A stretch of 64,000 nucleotides of DNA from Squalus acanthias (lineage: Eukaryota): contig CM059432.1 in assembly GCA_030390025.1 (NCBI GenBank), positions 26,228,001 to 26,292,000 of the forward strand, in the 5' to 3' direction. The translations under genes were made by a program, and so were the position numbers. Numbering within the stretch: position 1 is the stretch's first letter; the number at the start of each line of letters is the position of its first letter. Below the pieces are notes generated by a model. It made no database searches. It was not told the origin of the DNA and worked only from the letters and a program-made list of their open reading frames with translations. Below are positions 61,832 to 64,000 of this stretch, piece by piece.

Positions 61832-64000
61832 GGGTTCGATTTTGCCAGGCCCGAGGAGGCGGGATTGGAGGCGTGTGAGTTGGCGGGCGGGCCCTATCCC
61901 GCCTCCGAGCAATTTACCCAAAAGTGTGTTTTCTGACCCCCTTTCCATCCCGCCTCCAAGAGGCGGGATAGGCCCTTAAGGCCCTTAACAACCACTTAAT
62001 AGCCTCTATAATCCCATTTTGAGAGGGCTTTCCGATTTTTAGTCATTCCCCCCATCCCTCATGCCTCCTCTGGAACACACCAGGTAATGCTGGCGGCCTC
62101 ACAAGTGGATTGCTTACAAACAGCTGCAGCTCCACCATTACAAAGGAGTTTTCACCAATGATAATTTGCAGGTGGCAGAACTTTGTTGTTTCAGGTCTGG
62201 GGGAACTTTTAGCAGGCATACTCAGTGTTGTGGAAGTTTGGAGCCTGGGAAACCCCTCTCCCCACCTTGACTAAGCGCTTCCTCAACTGAGGCATATACC
62301 AGAAGCATGGCAACCATTTAATTCCTTTCCTCCTGGACATCAGATTTGGATGAAGACCAGCCGCGGCAGCAGCAGAACCATGGGCAACAGCAGCACCAAC
62401 AGCAGGAGCATCAACAGGAGCGCCAAGCTGCTAGTCACCCACCTGAAGATGCACAGGCCAGAAGTCGCCAGTGTGCGACCATATGGCTGGCCGAGATGCA
62501 AGGGACACACTCATGTTGGTCACATTTGCTTAGCCTGTACAATCAAACACTTTTGCCTCACACCTTCTTACCAGAGCATCGACAATGGACAAGAACCTGC
62601 GGATTCCTATCACTCTGACCACCATACTGACAATTGCAAGTCGCTCTAAGCCCTCATTGTGGAAGTCCCATTTGCGAAATGACACAGGCCACAACTTCAA
62701 CAGTTTGCCATCAGAATTTTTTATCACAACAAGCAACTGGTGGCATTTCAAAAATAAGCACAACATAACACCCAAGTGACTACCCTTGTGACTACTTGTG
62801 CATTATCTTTCTCTTACGCGTGCTCCTACGTGGTGCTTCCCCTGTGGCTTCAGCAGATGTGGAGGCCCCTTGCTCACTTTCTTGCTGCTCCTGCCTCGAC
62901 ACCTTTGGCGGCTGTCCTCTGGGGTTGCGAACCTGTGAGGGCTCGGCAACAGTCTGCTGCTCCTGCGGCTGTGCAGGGGATGAGACGCCCATCTCAGTTG
63001 GGTGAGGACTCTGGTGGGGCTCTGACCGAGGGCTTTGCAGTGGCATGGTTGTTTGAGCGCTTGGAGAGGAGCCCCCACTTCCTTGTTGTCTGCCACCAAC
63101 ATCCCTCTCATGGGTCAGCCCCACTTCAGAGCTAGCAAGTGGCTTGACAGCACCTTGCTGCACTTCAGGGGGGCCATGAGGAACCGTTTCTGCACTGGAA
63201 GTCCTACTCCAGAGGACTTCCATGAAGGTCTGGTTTCTATGCTCAGTAGCTGACCATCGCTCCTCAAGAGATGCCAGTCTATTCTGAACAATGACCATGT
63301 TTTCTACACTCTGGCAACTTAGCTCCTCCATGGCCGTAGCCATCCTCTCCTCTACTGTAGCCATCCTTTCCACGGAGGTTGTCATCCTTTCCGTGGTGAT
63401 GCGTTCATGCGCGAATGCCTCCACAAAGGCTCTGCTCATGTTCGCGATGGACTCCTCCATTCGCTCGACACTCGCAGCGACCCTGGAGACAAAACCTGCC
63501 AGAGACACCTGCACCTCTTCCTGGAGTTCCAGCACCGTTCTCATTCTGGATGGACCCAGAGGCACAAGGTCGACATGCAGCTGAGCCGAGCTGGCAGAGT
63601 CCTGCACCCTCTGACGAGGACTCTCCACTGCTGTCCCTGTCTCCACCATCTGCTAATGCTCACTTGTGAGCTGTGATACACCAGGTGCCAACACTACTCT
63701 ATCTCGTGAAGGTCCCACCGAGGTGTGAGTGTCTGCGCTGGTGCTGGATGCGCTGATTTCTGCTGAGGCTGCGCCCTCAGAGGTTGCAGCTTCCTCTGAG
63801 GAGTCTGGAAGCTCAGGCTCTTCCTCCTGGACAGTGGGGACAGGGGCTTTCGATGGTCCTGTGGGGGAGTAAAGGAAAGAGTTAGAGATGTGAGGTCAAG
63901 GTTACATGAACATTGAATAGTGCAGATGATCATAAGTCAATCTGTTAGAGCATCAGATTCATTATCAGTGACTCATGCAATGTCAATGAGAGAGATGCCA
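61832..64000. mobile_element. Harbinger element running off the window end, with partner-ORF remnant on the minus strand
   Basis: TIR-like GGGTTCGATTTTGCC at 61832 and GGAGGCGGG subterminal motifs. Gln-rich transposase-like N-terminal remnant at ~62308-62480 (+). Minus-strand exon from acceptor CCCCACAG|G (63858) through ORF 62792-63649, ending PRRSTRKRK. Confidence 0.7.

Overview
Vertebrate genomic DNA, almost certainly from a cartilaginous fish (inferred from HE1/V-SINE, HER1-type CR1 LINE and SacSINE1-like DeuSINE repeats). The only host gene recognisable is coding exon 1 of a STAR-family RNA-binding protein gene (KHDRBS2/SLM-1-like, minus strand, 38004-38094). Its GC-rich promoter lies at about 38340-38780, and its first intron appears to run off the left end of the window. 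Most of the rest is transposable-element debris: many CR1 and L2 LINE fragments, one RTE 3' end, SINEs, an old hAT-Charlie remnant, Penelope-type repeats carrying minimal hammerhead-ribozyme motifs, and a rich set of PIF/Harbinger elements. The Harbinger set comprises a decayed two-gene element (DDE transposase plus Myb/SANT-type partner) and several non-autonomous derivatives, some in three-level nests with readable target-site duplications (TSDs). About 27.3-39.4 kb is conspicuously TE-poor. No intact autonomous TE and no prokaryote-type system (CRISPR, operon) is present. Repeat family names come from pattern recognition, not database searches, and many TE boundaries are approximate.
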